A stretch of DNA of 64,000 nt. Origin: Octopus bimaculoides (taxonomy: Eukaryota). Where the stretch lies: positions 47,984,129 to 48,048,128 of the forward strand of contig NC_068984.1 of assembly GCF_001194135.2 (NCBI RefSeq), written 5' to 3'. The notes beneath the pieces are model-generated. The model was not told the DNA's origin, made no database searches, and was given only the letters and a program-made list of their open reading frames with translations. The translations under genes were made by a program, and so were the position numbers. This document shows, piece after piece, positions 39,685 through 50,358 of this stretch (within the stretch, counting starts at the first letter, position 1; every line of letters starts with the position of its first letter).

Positions 39685-39810
39685 TTAAAGCCTAGCCAGG
39701 CTCATGGGCCGAGTTTCTCGGTTTCTGTGGTTTATGTGTCCCCACCTCACCCATCTGGACGGGACGCCAGTCCATCGCAGCTTTACTCAAGAAACGGAAA
39801 GAAAAAGTGA
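39685..39810. mobile_element. Short interspersed-repeat remnant
   Basis: aagcctagccaggctcatgggcc..gtttc.cggtttc...ctggacgggacgccagtccatcgcagc; GC-rich island recalled as an octopus SINE 3' part, no second copy in the window. Confidence 0.4.
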
Positions 39811-39824
39811 AAGTTGAGGCTGGT

Positions 39825-40290
39825 TGGTGGCTGTAGAAAGCTCTGCATGGCGAATATGTCACCGTAACAACCAAGCTGTAACAACCAGAAGCACATTTAT
39901 AAGTGACTACGAAGCTCATGATTAAAGTGAGGGAGATAAGGCTTGACTATTTTGCTCAAGATCAAAGCGTATTGACCCAGAAAAACCAAGCCAATGTGAT
40001 AAAGAATGGAACAGATCCAAAGTGCCGATTCTGCAATGATGAACTTCAAATATTGCATCACTTAGTCTCTGGATCTAAACTTTATTACCAGTAGAGTATA
40101 AATCAAGATATGACACAGTTGGCCAATGTATACATTAGTTAATATGTCGGCATTATAAATTCAGAATTGTTGACAAGTGGTATAAATAGCACCCTGAAGC
40201 TGTAACTGGGGGAGAAAATATGACGATTCTTTGGATCCTTCCTCTACATAGAATACCATCAAAGCTAATAAACTGTCCATTGTCATCATA
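39825..40290 (+). mobile_element. R4/Dong-like RLE LINE fragment (CCHC knuckle to PD motif)
   Basis: WL*KALHGEY; AQDQSVLT...QANVIKNGTDPKCRFCNDELQILHHLVSG; decayed RHD.VG...W.ICRHY; KW.K.HPEAV..GEN.TILWD...T....KANK. Confidence 0.8.
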
Positions 40291-40339
40291 ATATATCGGC
40301 AAAAGAATTTGACAATATTAGAAAAATAATGATTTGCTC

Positions 40340-40445
40340 ATTTGCGTGGCACCTTGGGCAAGTGTCCTCTACTATAGCTTCGGGCCGACCAAAGCCTTGT
40401 GAGTGGATTTGGTAGAGGGAAACAGAAAGACGCCCGTCGTATATA
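40340..40445 (+). mobile_element. SINE family B 5'/middle part
   Basis: tgcgtggcaccttgggcaagtgtc.tctactatagc.tcgggccgaccaaagccttgtgagtggatttggtaga.ggaaac.gaaaga.gcccgtcgtatat. Confidence 0.9.
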
Positions 40446-41099
40446 TGTATATATATATATATATNNNNNNNNNNNNNNNNNNNNNNNNNNNNNNNNNNNN
40501 NNNNNNNNNNNNNNNNNNNNNNNNNNNNNNNNNNNNNNNNNNNNNNNNNNNNNNNNNNNNNNNNNNNNNNNNNNNNNNNNNNNNNNNNNNNNNNNNNNNN
40601 NNNNNNNNNNNNNNNNNNNNNNNNNNNNNNNNNNNNNNNNNNNNNNNNNNNNNNNNNNNNNNNNNNNNNNNNNNNNNNNNNNNNNNNNNNNNNNNNNNNN
40701 NNNNNNNNNNNNNNNNNNNNNNNNNNNNNNNNNNNNNNNNNNNNNNNNNNNNNNNNNNNNNNNNNNNNNNNNNNNNNNNNNNNNNNNNNNNNNNNNNNNN
40801 NNNNNNNNNNNNNNNNNNNNNNNNNNNNNNNNNNNNNNNNNNNGCTTACCATTCCTGCAAGAAGTGCAAAAGCTTGTTTCGGCTGATATGTTGCATGCAT
40901 TGAGAAGAGCGTCGTTTCTGTGAGAATGATAAACTTCTATCGAAATAATATTTTCCTACTTAACTGTATTTTATTTGGCAAATGAAATATCTGATGGGCT
41001 TATTTTAATGACCAGTCAATGCACACGAGTTTCTTTATCCTTGGTCTCGGGAAGACACTCGGTAAGGGATGGAAAGAAAATCGAAGGAAAAAGAAAATC

Positions 41100-41121
41100 T
41101 ACAACAACAACAACAACAACA

Positions 41122-41186
<65 letters not shown>

Positions 41187-41222
41187 TAATAATAATAATA
41201 ATGATAATAATAATAACAATAA
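41100..41222. repeat. Stepwise trinucleotide array (ACA)n-(CTA)n-(TAA)n
   Basis: Direct reading. Confidence 0.95.
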
Positions 41223-41233
41223 TATATATTTTT

Positions 41234-41320
41234 TAACCACAGCGGCTTAGATATGTGCAAGAATCCTTAGGAAGACTCTTGGGATCTGAGAAGACTAGTT
41301 ATCACCAAACCTCAAGGTAA
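41234..41320 (+). mobile_element. Possible R4/Dong-like LINE 3' terminus after (TAA)n
   Basis: accacagc.gct..gat..g.caagaatcct.aggaaga.tc.tggga...tga resembles the TALL..ARILRRVL* end; short and diverged. Confidence 0.35.
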
Positions 41321-41703
41321 GTTACCTGCTAATTAAATTAACATATATTTACATAATAATAATGATAATGATAAACTAGTGCTACTTCTACTGATGATGA
41401 TGATGATGATCATGGCGATGTTGATGATGACTATGACCATGACGATGATGGTTAACAAGTTTAAGAAGAAAGTTGCTGTGGAAAGATAAAATTTTGCAAT
41501 TTTGCGAAAATAAAGATAGACAAGACAGACAAGGAAACGTTTACAAATAAGGCAAGGATGTTTGTACGAAGAGTGGAAAAGTGAACGAGAACTGATAACA
41601 TTGCTTAAAAGGGAAATGGAGAAGAATAAACAAAATGATATTCATGAAATGACAGTGAATGCGTTTCAGATAAATTATGAAAGCGAAAGGGCTTGGTATA
41701 CAC

Positions 41704-41767
<64 letters not shown>

Positions 41768-42399
41768 NNNNNNNNNNNNNNNNNNNNNNNNNNNNNNNNN
41801 NNNNNNNNNNNNNNNNNNNNNNNNNNNNNNNNNNNNNNNNNNNNNNNNNNNNNNNNNNNNNNNNNNNNNNNNNNNNNNNNNNNNNNNNNNNNNNNNNNNN
41901 NNNNNNNNNNNNNNNNNNNNNNNNNNNNNNNNNNNNNNNNNNNNNNNNNNNNNNNNNNNNNNNNNNNNNNNNNNNNNNNNNNNNNNNNNNNNNNNNNNNN
42001 NNNNNNNNNNNNNNNNNNNNNNNNNNNNNNNNNNNNNNNNNNNNNNNNNNNNNNNNNNNNNNNNNNNNNNNNNNNNNNNNNNNNNNNNNNNNNNNNNNNN
42101 NNNNNNNNNNNNNNNNNNNNNNNNNNNNNNNNNNNNNNNNNNNNNNNNNNNNNNNNNNNNNNNNNNNNNNNNNNNNNNNNNNNNNNNNNNNNNNNNNNNN
42201 NNNNNNNNNNNNNNNNNNNNNNNNNNNNNNNNNNNNNNNNNNNNNNNNNNNNNNNNNNNNNNNNNNNNNNNNNNNNNNNNNNNNNNNNNNNNNNNNNNNN
42301 NNNNNNNNNNNNNNNNNNNNNNNNNNNNNNNNNNNNNNNNNNNNNNNNNNNNNNNNNNNNNNNNNNNNNNNNNNNNNNNNNNNNNNNNNNNNNNNNNNN

Positions 42400-42433
<34 letters not shown>

Positions 42434-42502
42434 GCTGCGGATTGAGCACTGACACGAACATAGGCAGTGGCTGAAGTAATATATAGGTTTGTTATGTGTA
42501 GT

Positions 42503-42558
42503 CTTGGCTGAAGAGAATCTTGTGCTTTTGGCACTAAATTCGAAATTATGATACCTGG
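42503..42558 (+). ncRNA. Type-I hammerhead ribozyme, intact core
   Basis: Helix I CTTGG(42503-07)/CCTGG(42554-58), one mismatch and one wobble; CTGAAGA(42508-14); helix II GAATCTTGTGC/GCACTAAATTC (9 of 11, G10.1-C11.1) with TTTTG loop; GAA(42542-44); helix III ATTATGAT (near-palindrome of ATCATGAT); A17(42553). Confidence 0.7.
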
Positions 42559-42698
42559 TTAATTGGTATTCCTTCTAGAAACTTTGCAGAGATAAGACGC
42601 AATCGTTATTCACTTAGTTTTTACCAGACATGCCTGTGAAAATCTAGTGTTAATTTTTGTAGCTAGAGTGTATTTCTATACATATATCTATATGCATA

Positions 42699-42699
<1 letters not shown>

Positions 42700-42760
<61 letters not shown>
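42700..42760. repeat. (TATC)n microsatellite abutting the PLE 5' truncation
   Basis: Direct reading. Confidence 0.95.
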
Positions 42761-42761
<1 letters not shown>

Positions 42762-42929
42762 AAAATAAATAGTTTAATGGAATAGCACAGTAGATACTTT
42801 AAATTAGTTTTAAAATATTAAAGATAAAAATAGGTATAAATTTATTCAAATAGATATTGATAATTATTATTCTTCCATAAATGAAATTGTACTAAATAAG
42901 GCCCTAATTTTTGCTATGAAAAAGTAGGT

Positions 42930-44495
42930 ATGACTTACGATGAAGTAAATGTAGTTAAAATGGCTAGGAAATCATTGATTAAATATGATAATAAATTGTG
43001 GGCTAGGAAAGATACTCGAGATTATTTCGATATACGAATGGGGGCGCCTGATTCAGCACAGGTAACTGATTTAGTAGGTATATATTTATTATCTGAACTT
43101 CAACTTGAAAAATTAAATCTGGAGGGTGGTTTATATAGGGATGACCTTTTATTACTTACTAAAAATAGCACTAATAGAAAACTAGAATTATATAAGAAGA
43201 GAATATATAGTTTTTTTTTAAGGAATGGTTTAATGATTACTATTTATATTGAGTACTATAACGTTAATTATTTAGATGCTAATTTTAACTTATCTACTGG
43301 TAATACCCAACCTTACCATAAGATTAATGAAAATATTAAATACATTCATGCTAAAAGCAATCACCCACCCTCAATTAGAAAATCCTTAACATTTACTATA
43401 GGTAAGAGAATATCTTTACTATCTTCTAATATAGAGATTTTTGAAAAACATGCACCTTATTATAATAAAGCCCTTCAAGAAGCGGGATATACAAATAATA
43501 TAAACATTTTTAATAATCCGAAATATTCTCATAATTTTAGTAATAATAATTATAATAATAATGACCTTTTTAATAAACATAACTTTTATACTCATGATAA
43601 TGTCTTCTTAGGTAATAATAAGAATAATAAGAATAATTGGCATTATGATAATAAATTACCTAAACATAAACTTAATTTTAATGGAAACCATTTTAAATAT
43701 AATTTTAAGTTTTTTAATGATAATAATAAATTTAATAATACCAATAATAAATTCAATAATATCTATAATAAGAATAAACTCTGGCTAATTATTCCAAACG
43801 GCGTTCAAGTTAAAACTAATATTGTTAATGAAGTTTTAAAAGTTATTGATTTATTCCTTAGAGATAATAAAAAATATCATTGTATTTTTCCTAAAAATTA
43901 TTTTGGAGTAGGTCATTCTACTACTAATAATGTTGCTAATATTATCTCTTCTTTCAATAGATTTAAGTTAAATAAGTATTATGAATTTAAATTTAATAAT
44001 TATTCTAATATTAATTTTAATAATAATAATGTTGACCAGGATATAATTAATTGTACATGTTTAGATAAAACTAAATGTAATTTTAATAATAAATGTAATT
44101 TGAAAGATGTAGTGTATAAATGTATAGTGAAATTATTGAATGAGAATAAACATGGTTATAATTTAAATAAGATTTATATAGGATCGACTTCTAATAAAAT
44201 TAAATTAAGAGTAGTTCAACATATGCACTCATTTAAGAATAGAAATTTGATTAATTCTACTGGCCACAGTAAATATATTTGGGAACTTAAATCTAAAAAT
44301 ATTAACTATATTTTAAAATGGGAGATAGTTTGTAAAGCTACATCCTATCATATAGGTAATAACTTTTCTAATTTATGTAATAATGAATTTAAAGAGATAT
44401 TATTTCATAAGGATAATAATTTACTTAATTCTTTTGATGAACGAAAAGTAAAATGTAGACATAAACTACTTTATTTATATAAAAACTTTAGCTAA
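42930..44495 (+). CDS. Uninterrupted 521-aa PLE ORF: RT motifs B-C and thumb, Asn-rich insert, Cys-rich linker, GIY-YIG endonuclease
   Basis: MARKSL..W..FDIRMGAPDSAQVTDLVG; GGLYRDD (43131-45); VNYLDANFNL; SNHPPSI; APYYNKALQEAGY; CTCLDKTKCNFNNKCNLKDVVYKC; KIYIGST...RVVQHMHSF...STGHSKYIWELK...LKWEIV...NLC..E. Confidence 0.85.
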   Translation: MTYDEVNVVKMARKSLIKYDNKLWARKDTRDYFDIRMGAPDSAQVTDLVGIYLLSELQLEKLNLEGGLYRDDLLLLTKNSTNRKLELYKKRIYSFFLRNGLMITIYIEYYNVNYLDANFNLSTGNTQPYHKINENIKYIHAKSNHPPSIRKSLTFTIGKRISLLSSNIEIFEKHAPYYNKALQEAGYTNNINIFNNPKYSHNFSNNNYNNNDLFNKHNFYTHDNVFLGNNKNNKNNWHYDNKLPKHKLNFNGNHFKYNFKFFNDNNKFNNTNNKFNNIYNKNKLWLIIPNGVQVKTNIVNEVLKVIDLFLRDNKKYHCIFPKNYFGVGHSTTNNVANIISSFNRFKLNKYYEFKFNNYSNINFNNNNVDQDIINCTCLDKTKCNFNNKCNLKDVVYKCIVKLLNENKHGYNLNKIYIGSTSNKIKLRVVQHMHSFKNRNLINSTGHSKYIWELKSKNINYILKWEIVCKATSYHIGNNFSNLCNNEFKEILFHKDNNLLNSFDERKVKCRHKLLYLYKNFS

Positions 44496-45239
44496 TGATT
44501 TTTTAAAAAATATACATGGGTATGTGTATATGCATGAGTATATGTATATATATGAGTGTGCGTGTTTTAGTCTATATGCGTTAGTATGTATGTATATTTT
44601 TAGGTGTATGTATATTTTTAGGTGTATGTATATATGTTTACGTATGTATTTATATAGGTTTAAGTATATATATATATGTGTTTATGTTTATTATGTTTGT
44701 GTATGTTTAGTGTAAATTTGTATTTACATGTATGTATAAATATATGTATTTGTGAGTATAGTTGTATATTTATATATTATGTGTGTGAGTGAGAGTTTGA
44801 GTGTGGTTTTGTTTTATAATATTCCTTCTTTATATATTTATTTGTGTGAATTTTTATTTGTGTGTATATATTGTTATATATATTTATGAGTATTTTTATC
44901 TTCATTATTATTTTAAACTTAAACTTCGTTCAAATTGTATTTAAAACAATGATAAGTTAAAACATGATAATTTATGTAAGCTGGTTTTGTATATAATATA
45001 CATGTTAGCATATATTATAATGGATGAAGGGATGATTATTGAATGTTTATTATTTTGATATTTTGATATTTTTAATAATTTTTCTATCTTTATAAAATAA
45101 GTATTTCATATAATTTCATTTGGTTCTTATTGCTGGTTGAGATATATGTATTTATTTATTTTAATTATTGTTCTACTTTCGACCTGTAGATTAGCTATAT
45201 TTTGAATAGAATCTATTTTCGATAATTTCAATTGATTCT

Positions 45240-45562
45240 AATTGATTTTAATCGATTTATATTCCTTTCTATTTGGAAATTAGTTAGGAAACACTTGTAC
45301 TCATTTTATTATCTTTATCTTATGATATTTACTTTGTTTTATATTATACTCATTTATTGTGGTTTTAATTGTTAATTTTTCTATATGTGATAGTGGATTT
45401 TCATCGATGAGTTCTTGAAACTTGGTTATTTTCCCTTAAACTATATATTTTATATATATATTTTATCTATAAAGCTCGATTTAATTTTGATTTTTTATAA
45501 ATTGATTTTAATCGATTTATATTCCTTTCTATTTGGAAATTAGTTAGGAAACACTTGTACTC
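45240..45562 (+). repeat. 63-bp perfect direct repeat, 260-bp period
   Basis: 45240-45302 = 45500-45562 (aattgattttaatcgatttatattcc...ggaaacacttgtactc); the second copy ends at the gap. Confidence 0.9.
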
Positions 45563-47049
45563 NNNNNNNNNNNNNNNNNNNNNNNNNNNNNNNNNNNNNN
45601 NNNNNNNNNNNNNNNNNNNNNNNNNNNNNNNNNNNNNNNNNNNNNNNNNNNNNNNNNNNNNNNNNNNNNNNNNNNNNNNNNNNNNNNNNNNNNNNNNNNN
45701 NNNNNNNNNNNNNNNNNNNNNNNNNNNNNNATATATATATATATATACGAAAGAGGATTTGAAAATTTGAAAATGCAGAGGTCTTTTAAAGATGTTTATT
45801 GACTTGACCGATTTCACGTTTTAAAATAAACATTTTCAAAAGTAAAATGTAAGGCTTTGTGTAGCATTTGTTGTGTTAAAAAATGGCTATCATAGATGTA
45901 TTCAATTACAGTGATACAGACTTTGACAATGATAAGAACATGTTAAGAAATAGAATCTTTGACGACGATAAGAAAATGCTAAAAGGGGCTCTGTGTTTAA
46001 ACAGTTAACATAAAAGTGTTCAAAATAGGTAGTAAAATAAATTCATAATTATTTATAAGTACATCAAACATCATGATAGTATAGATGCATATATACAGAA
46101 AGAATGTGTAAACAGTATTTAATAGGAGAAACCGTGTATTACTTAGTTAAAACTTCATCAGAAATGATATTTAAGTATTTATACAGAATTTTAAGAGAAT
46201 GACCAACCTTTTTTCCATCATTTCTGTCCCTCTCTCTCTCTCTCCTGATGAAATTTTGGCTAAGCAATACACGCATTCTCTTATCAAATACACACACAAA
46301 CACACACACACACTCACAAAAACATTATATAGATGTGCGTATATACATATATATATATGTATATACACACACAAATATATATATACATATATATAGGCGC
46401 ATGTAAATATGTATGTATTCACTTACACGCATATATATTCTAAATGGGGAGAGAAGCAATAAAGAGAGAAACAGAGTGAAAGATGGCAACTAAGAGCCAT
46501 AGTGGTGGAAGCGACTGACAGTATAAGAAACATGCTGGGCATATGGGTGAACATTCTTTATAATTGAAACAAACAAGCTAGTTTACAGCTCAGTTTGAAG
46601 GCTTGGATTTGCTCTATACAAAAGCTTTTGGGTGTATGTTTGGGTGTAGCTAACTACAGAATTCTAAAGGATCAAGATATTTACTGAAAGCTGTTTGGCA
46701 CTGGAAAAATGTCGGAGAATGTGGCATCGTTTGAAGATCTTACACGTTGAGTTTTGTTAATAGGTATTGTTTAAAAAGACAATGTAGACATTCTTTCTAG
46801 ACAAAATTACGGAAAGCAAACTGAGTTTGCGCTATGATCGAGGAATATAATGCATGATGGGATGATTGTGCTGATGGTTATCTCGCTTATGGTACTCTGT
46901 ATGAATACATGCACATTCTCACAGGTCTGCGCGTATAAATGTGTGTACAAATATATGCTTGCATCTAGTTATCTATGTATGAATTGATGCAAGTGTTGCA
47001 TACTTTGCCTTGTCATAACCGAAAAAGCAAAACATTCAATGAAACATTC

Positions 47050-47345
47050 GATAACTGGATGTAGGCATGTGTAAACAGGGGTGGTAAAAACATATGAGCT
47101 CCTACTGCCTGTGGGGCCCGTCATTCCTACACCTTTACAAACGTGTGAAGGGCCTTAGCAGGACTAAAAACCCACCTACGCACTGCTCATGCTTTTGAGA
47201 TCAATGATCAATGGCATTATTCGAAATCAAGTTGCAACTAGTATCATCGGAGTCGTCATCGTTATAATCATCATCATCATCATCATCATCACCACCACCA
47301 CCACCACGATCATCATCATCATCATCATCATCATTGTCGTGGTCG
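47050..47345 (+). mobile_element. Probable RTE-clade LINE 3' end with (ATC)n tail
   Basis: AGLKTHLRTAH terminal Zn-finger-like motif, short UTR ggcattattcgaaatcaagttgc, then (ATC)n/(ACC)n. Confidence 0.45.
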
Positions 47346-47453
47346 TCGTCTCTCCCTCTCTCTATCACTCACTCACTTCCTCTCCCACTCTCTCCCTCTC
47401 TCTCCCTCTCTCTCCCTCTCTCACCCTCTCTCTCCCTCTCTCCCTCTCTCTCC

Positions 47454-47527
<74 letters not shown>
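47345..47527. repeat. (CT)n / (CCCTCT)n polypyrimidine tract
   Basis: Direct reading. Confidence 0.95.
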
Positions 47528-47529
<2 letters not shown>

Positions 47530-48194
47530 CAATTTAACCTATTTCATCTTCTCTTCGAGTACCTCCAAACTCCGCATTGTATTAATCATTTACTGGTTTA
47601 TAAATTACGTGGCATTCGTGTATTTGTGTAATATTTCTCCCTCCACTGATCCAACAGTTTGTGAGTGTTGCCTTGTTTGCTCGTGACCACACGGCTACTT
47701 AAAACAACTTCCGAAAGCATTGTCTCAAATGATAATAATTCGGCTTCGCTTGCGAATTGTAACAGTACTTATTTACATGATTGTTGTTACTTGCTTACAC
47801 ACAAACATACATATAAATAAGACATCCATTACATAACTTCATATTTACATTTCCATTTATCTTCTAATGCATATACGTACACATGACATGTGTAGAATGT
47901 TGGGTAATTAAAATGGGGAATACTAACGAAATGTATCGTTGTTTAGATGTGTGTTGACAGATATTCAAACATCGCATGTCTAGGGTATATAACCTAACAA
48001 ATAGGACAGAAATGTACTTGAACATGTGGTTTGTTGTGTTTATATTTTAACTTAATATATGATTATATACATAGATACATACATACAAGCGTACATACAC
48101 ATATGTACGTTTGTGTGTGTGTGTGTCTTTCTATCTTCCTCACACGCACAAACAAATATATATATATATATTCTTTATTCTTTTCTTTCTTTTA

Positions 48195-48355
48195 CATGTT
48201 TCAGTCATTTGACTGCGGCCATGATGGAGCACCGCTTTTAGTCGAGCAAATCGTCCCCAGAGCTTATTCTTTGTAAGCCTAGTACTTATTTTATCGTCTC
48301 CTTCTGTCGAACCGCTAGGTTATGGGGACATAAACACACCAGCATCGGTTATCAA
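48195..48355 (-). mobile_element. SINE family B 3' half
   Basis: catgtttcagtcatttgactgcggccatgatggagcaccgc...gaaccgctaggtta.ggggacataaacacaccagcatcggtt. Confidence 0.9.
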
Positions 48356-49526
48356 TGACGACAATGACAACGATGATGTCGGTGACAGCGACGATGGTGA
48401 AGACAACAACGATGTTGACCTGGCTATTCGATGTTCCCTGTGCAGAAATAAATATTGGTGCTGCTCAGGTACGGATTGAAATATAGGTCCAGCTGGATTT
48501 GAAAGAACTCTTTTATAGTTTTTGAATTTCTAGCCTGCTGAGTATACAACACCTAGACTGTACTGGAAAGCTCCGGTGTTCATGTGTCTGTCGCTCGTCA
48601 CTCAAACATATCCAGTTTAATACTTGATAATCTACTTAGCAGTTGTTGAATTCCTTAACCATTGGAGGAATAACTTCACATCCTGCTGACCATAGTTGTA
48701 TATTTACTTGTGCGTGTGTGTCTGTGTGTGTGTGTGTTTGTGTGTGTGTGCGTGCGAGTTAGTGTGTGCATATATGTGTACATATTGCATATGAATAGAC
48801 GTATTTATTTGTAAATGGAGCAAAGCTGCATACGTAATTACAGATGTAACGAATGCATTTTATATATGAAGAGCAAAGATGGATAAACATCTACACTCAG
48901 TATCAGGAGAAGAAAACTTGTCCCAGTAAGAGCCAGTGAGAATATGAAGCAAGCTCTTCGTAATATGAGTGTTGATTTTCTTTGTTTGTATCTATATGAG
49001 TGGTTTCACCTCAGAGCAGGTGGCTGGTTGCGAGTACGTGATTTTCAAGAGGACAAAAAATTCCAAACTGCATCTGACGTTCTTGCTTGGATAAAGCGGG
49101 TCAATGCTTTGTCTCTCGTTGATATTTATTGTGCTTTGAAAAGTTCCGTTCCGTAAGAGATGCTATATCATGTAAAATACTGGAGTAACTGGTCTATGTA
49201 CAGAGGTATGATACATGAATTTGTATATAAATTTAAAAAACCGTCAATTGCGTTTAAAGGACATACATGCATACATACATACATACATACATACATGCAT
49301 ACATACATACATGGATGCATAAGTGTATGTGTGTATTCATATATGTATGTGTGCAATATGTAAATATGCATATGTATATATATTACTAATATGAATAGTG
49401 TTGAATATGCATGTATGTATGTATGTATGTATATATATATGTATGAAGAGAGAAAAGGATAAAGAGACCAATAGCAAAGTTAGAAATATATTTTATGGAT
49501 ATATATATCTATATATATATATATAT

Positions 49527-49561
49527 ATGCATACATACAAGTCTATTTCTTTCGATGAGCC

Positions 49562-49592
<31 letters not shown>

Positions 49593-49627
49593 GGCTCATC
49601 GAAAGAAAGAGATATGTATGTGTGCAT
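49527..49627. repeat. 101-bp near-perfect palindrome with (TA)n centre
   Basis: TTTCTTTCGATGAGCCC(49546-62)/GGGCTCATCGAAAGAAA(49592-608) perfect; outer arms match 16 of 20; centre (AT)n is self-complementary. Confidence 0.9.
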
Positions 49628-50232
49628 GTGTGTCTAAGATAAAGATAAAAGAGTAGAGATAATTTCAGATGATAGTCTAATGGTATTTGTCTGTCAAATG
49701 TTTATATGCAGTTTTCAACAATACTAGTCTTCTGGAAAATAATCTCCCCAACTAGCCATGTGTCTCATTTTCCCTTATAATCTTTGCTGTAAACTCACTT
49801 GAAACGAGTTTTTGTACTGACTGGCTAGTCTATGTCTTTATCAGGCGAGTGTATGTTAATGTTGTAGGTGGGTTATTTCCATCAACATATATATGTGATA
49901 TATGGAAAGTGCGACGGAGAGAGAGATAGACTAAGAAATCACTGTGTATGTATGTATGTATATATGTATGTGTGTGAGAGATAGAGACAAAGAGAAAGAG
50001 AGAGACAAAGAGATAGACAGATAGATAGATAAATAGATAGATAGATAAATTGAGAGAGAGAGAGAGAGAGAGGGGAGGGAGGTTTCAATTTGCGTCTGTA
50101 AGAGTGAAAAAATAGTTTTTCGTAAGATGTTTATGTCTGTTTATATAAAGGATGGTGAGTGAATGGGTTGTTGTCCGTGAGCGCTCGAAAGAGAATAAAC
50201 GCAGGACGGAAAAATAGAATGAGAGAGAGATG

Positions 50233-50358
<126 letters not shown>

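Larger units (their letters stand above)
42778..45562 (+). mobile_element. Hydra-like PLE, 5'-truncated, extremely AT-rich, with long 3' UTR
   Basis: WNSTVDTLN*F*NIKDKNRYKFIQIDIDNYYSSINEIVLNKALIFA (RT motif A) at 42778-42915; 1-nt frameshift into the 521-aa ORF; TG/TA-rich UTR; 3' boundary hidden by a gap. Confidence 0.85.

Noticed and set aside
42805-42813. Selenocysteine recoding, as described for some Naiad PLEs
   Set aside because: The in-frame stops are TAG and TAA, not TGA, and the element has a C-terminal endonuclease.
42916-42926. Programmed -1 frameshift into the 521-aa ORF
   Set aside because: GAAAAAG is not a canonical slippery heptamer, no downstream structure is evident, and the upstream frame is itself stopped.
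45400-45430. TCGATGAGTTCTTGAAAC in the PLE UTR as a hammerhead
   Set aside because: CUGA core broken and no helix II possible.
46480-46800. Possible CR1-like 3' remnant (RAIVVEATDS)
   Set aside because: Too short and diverged to assign.
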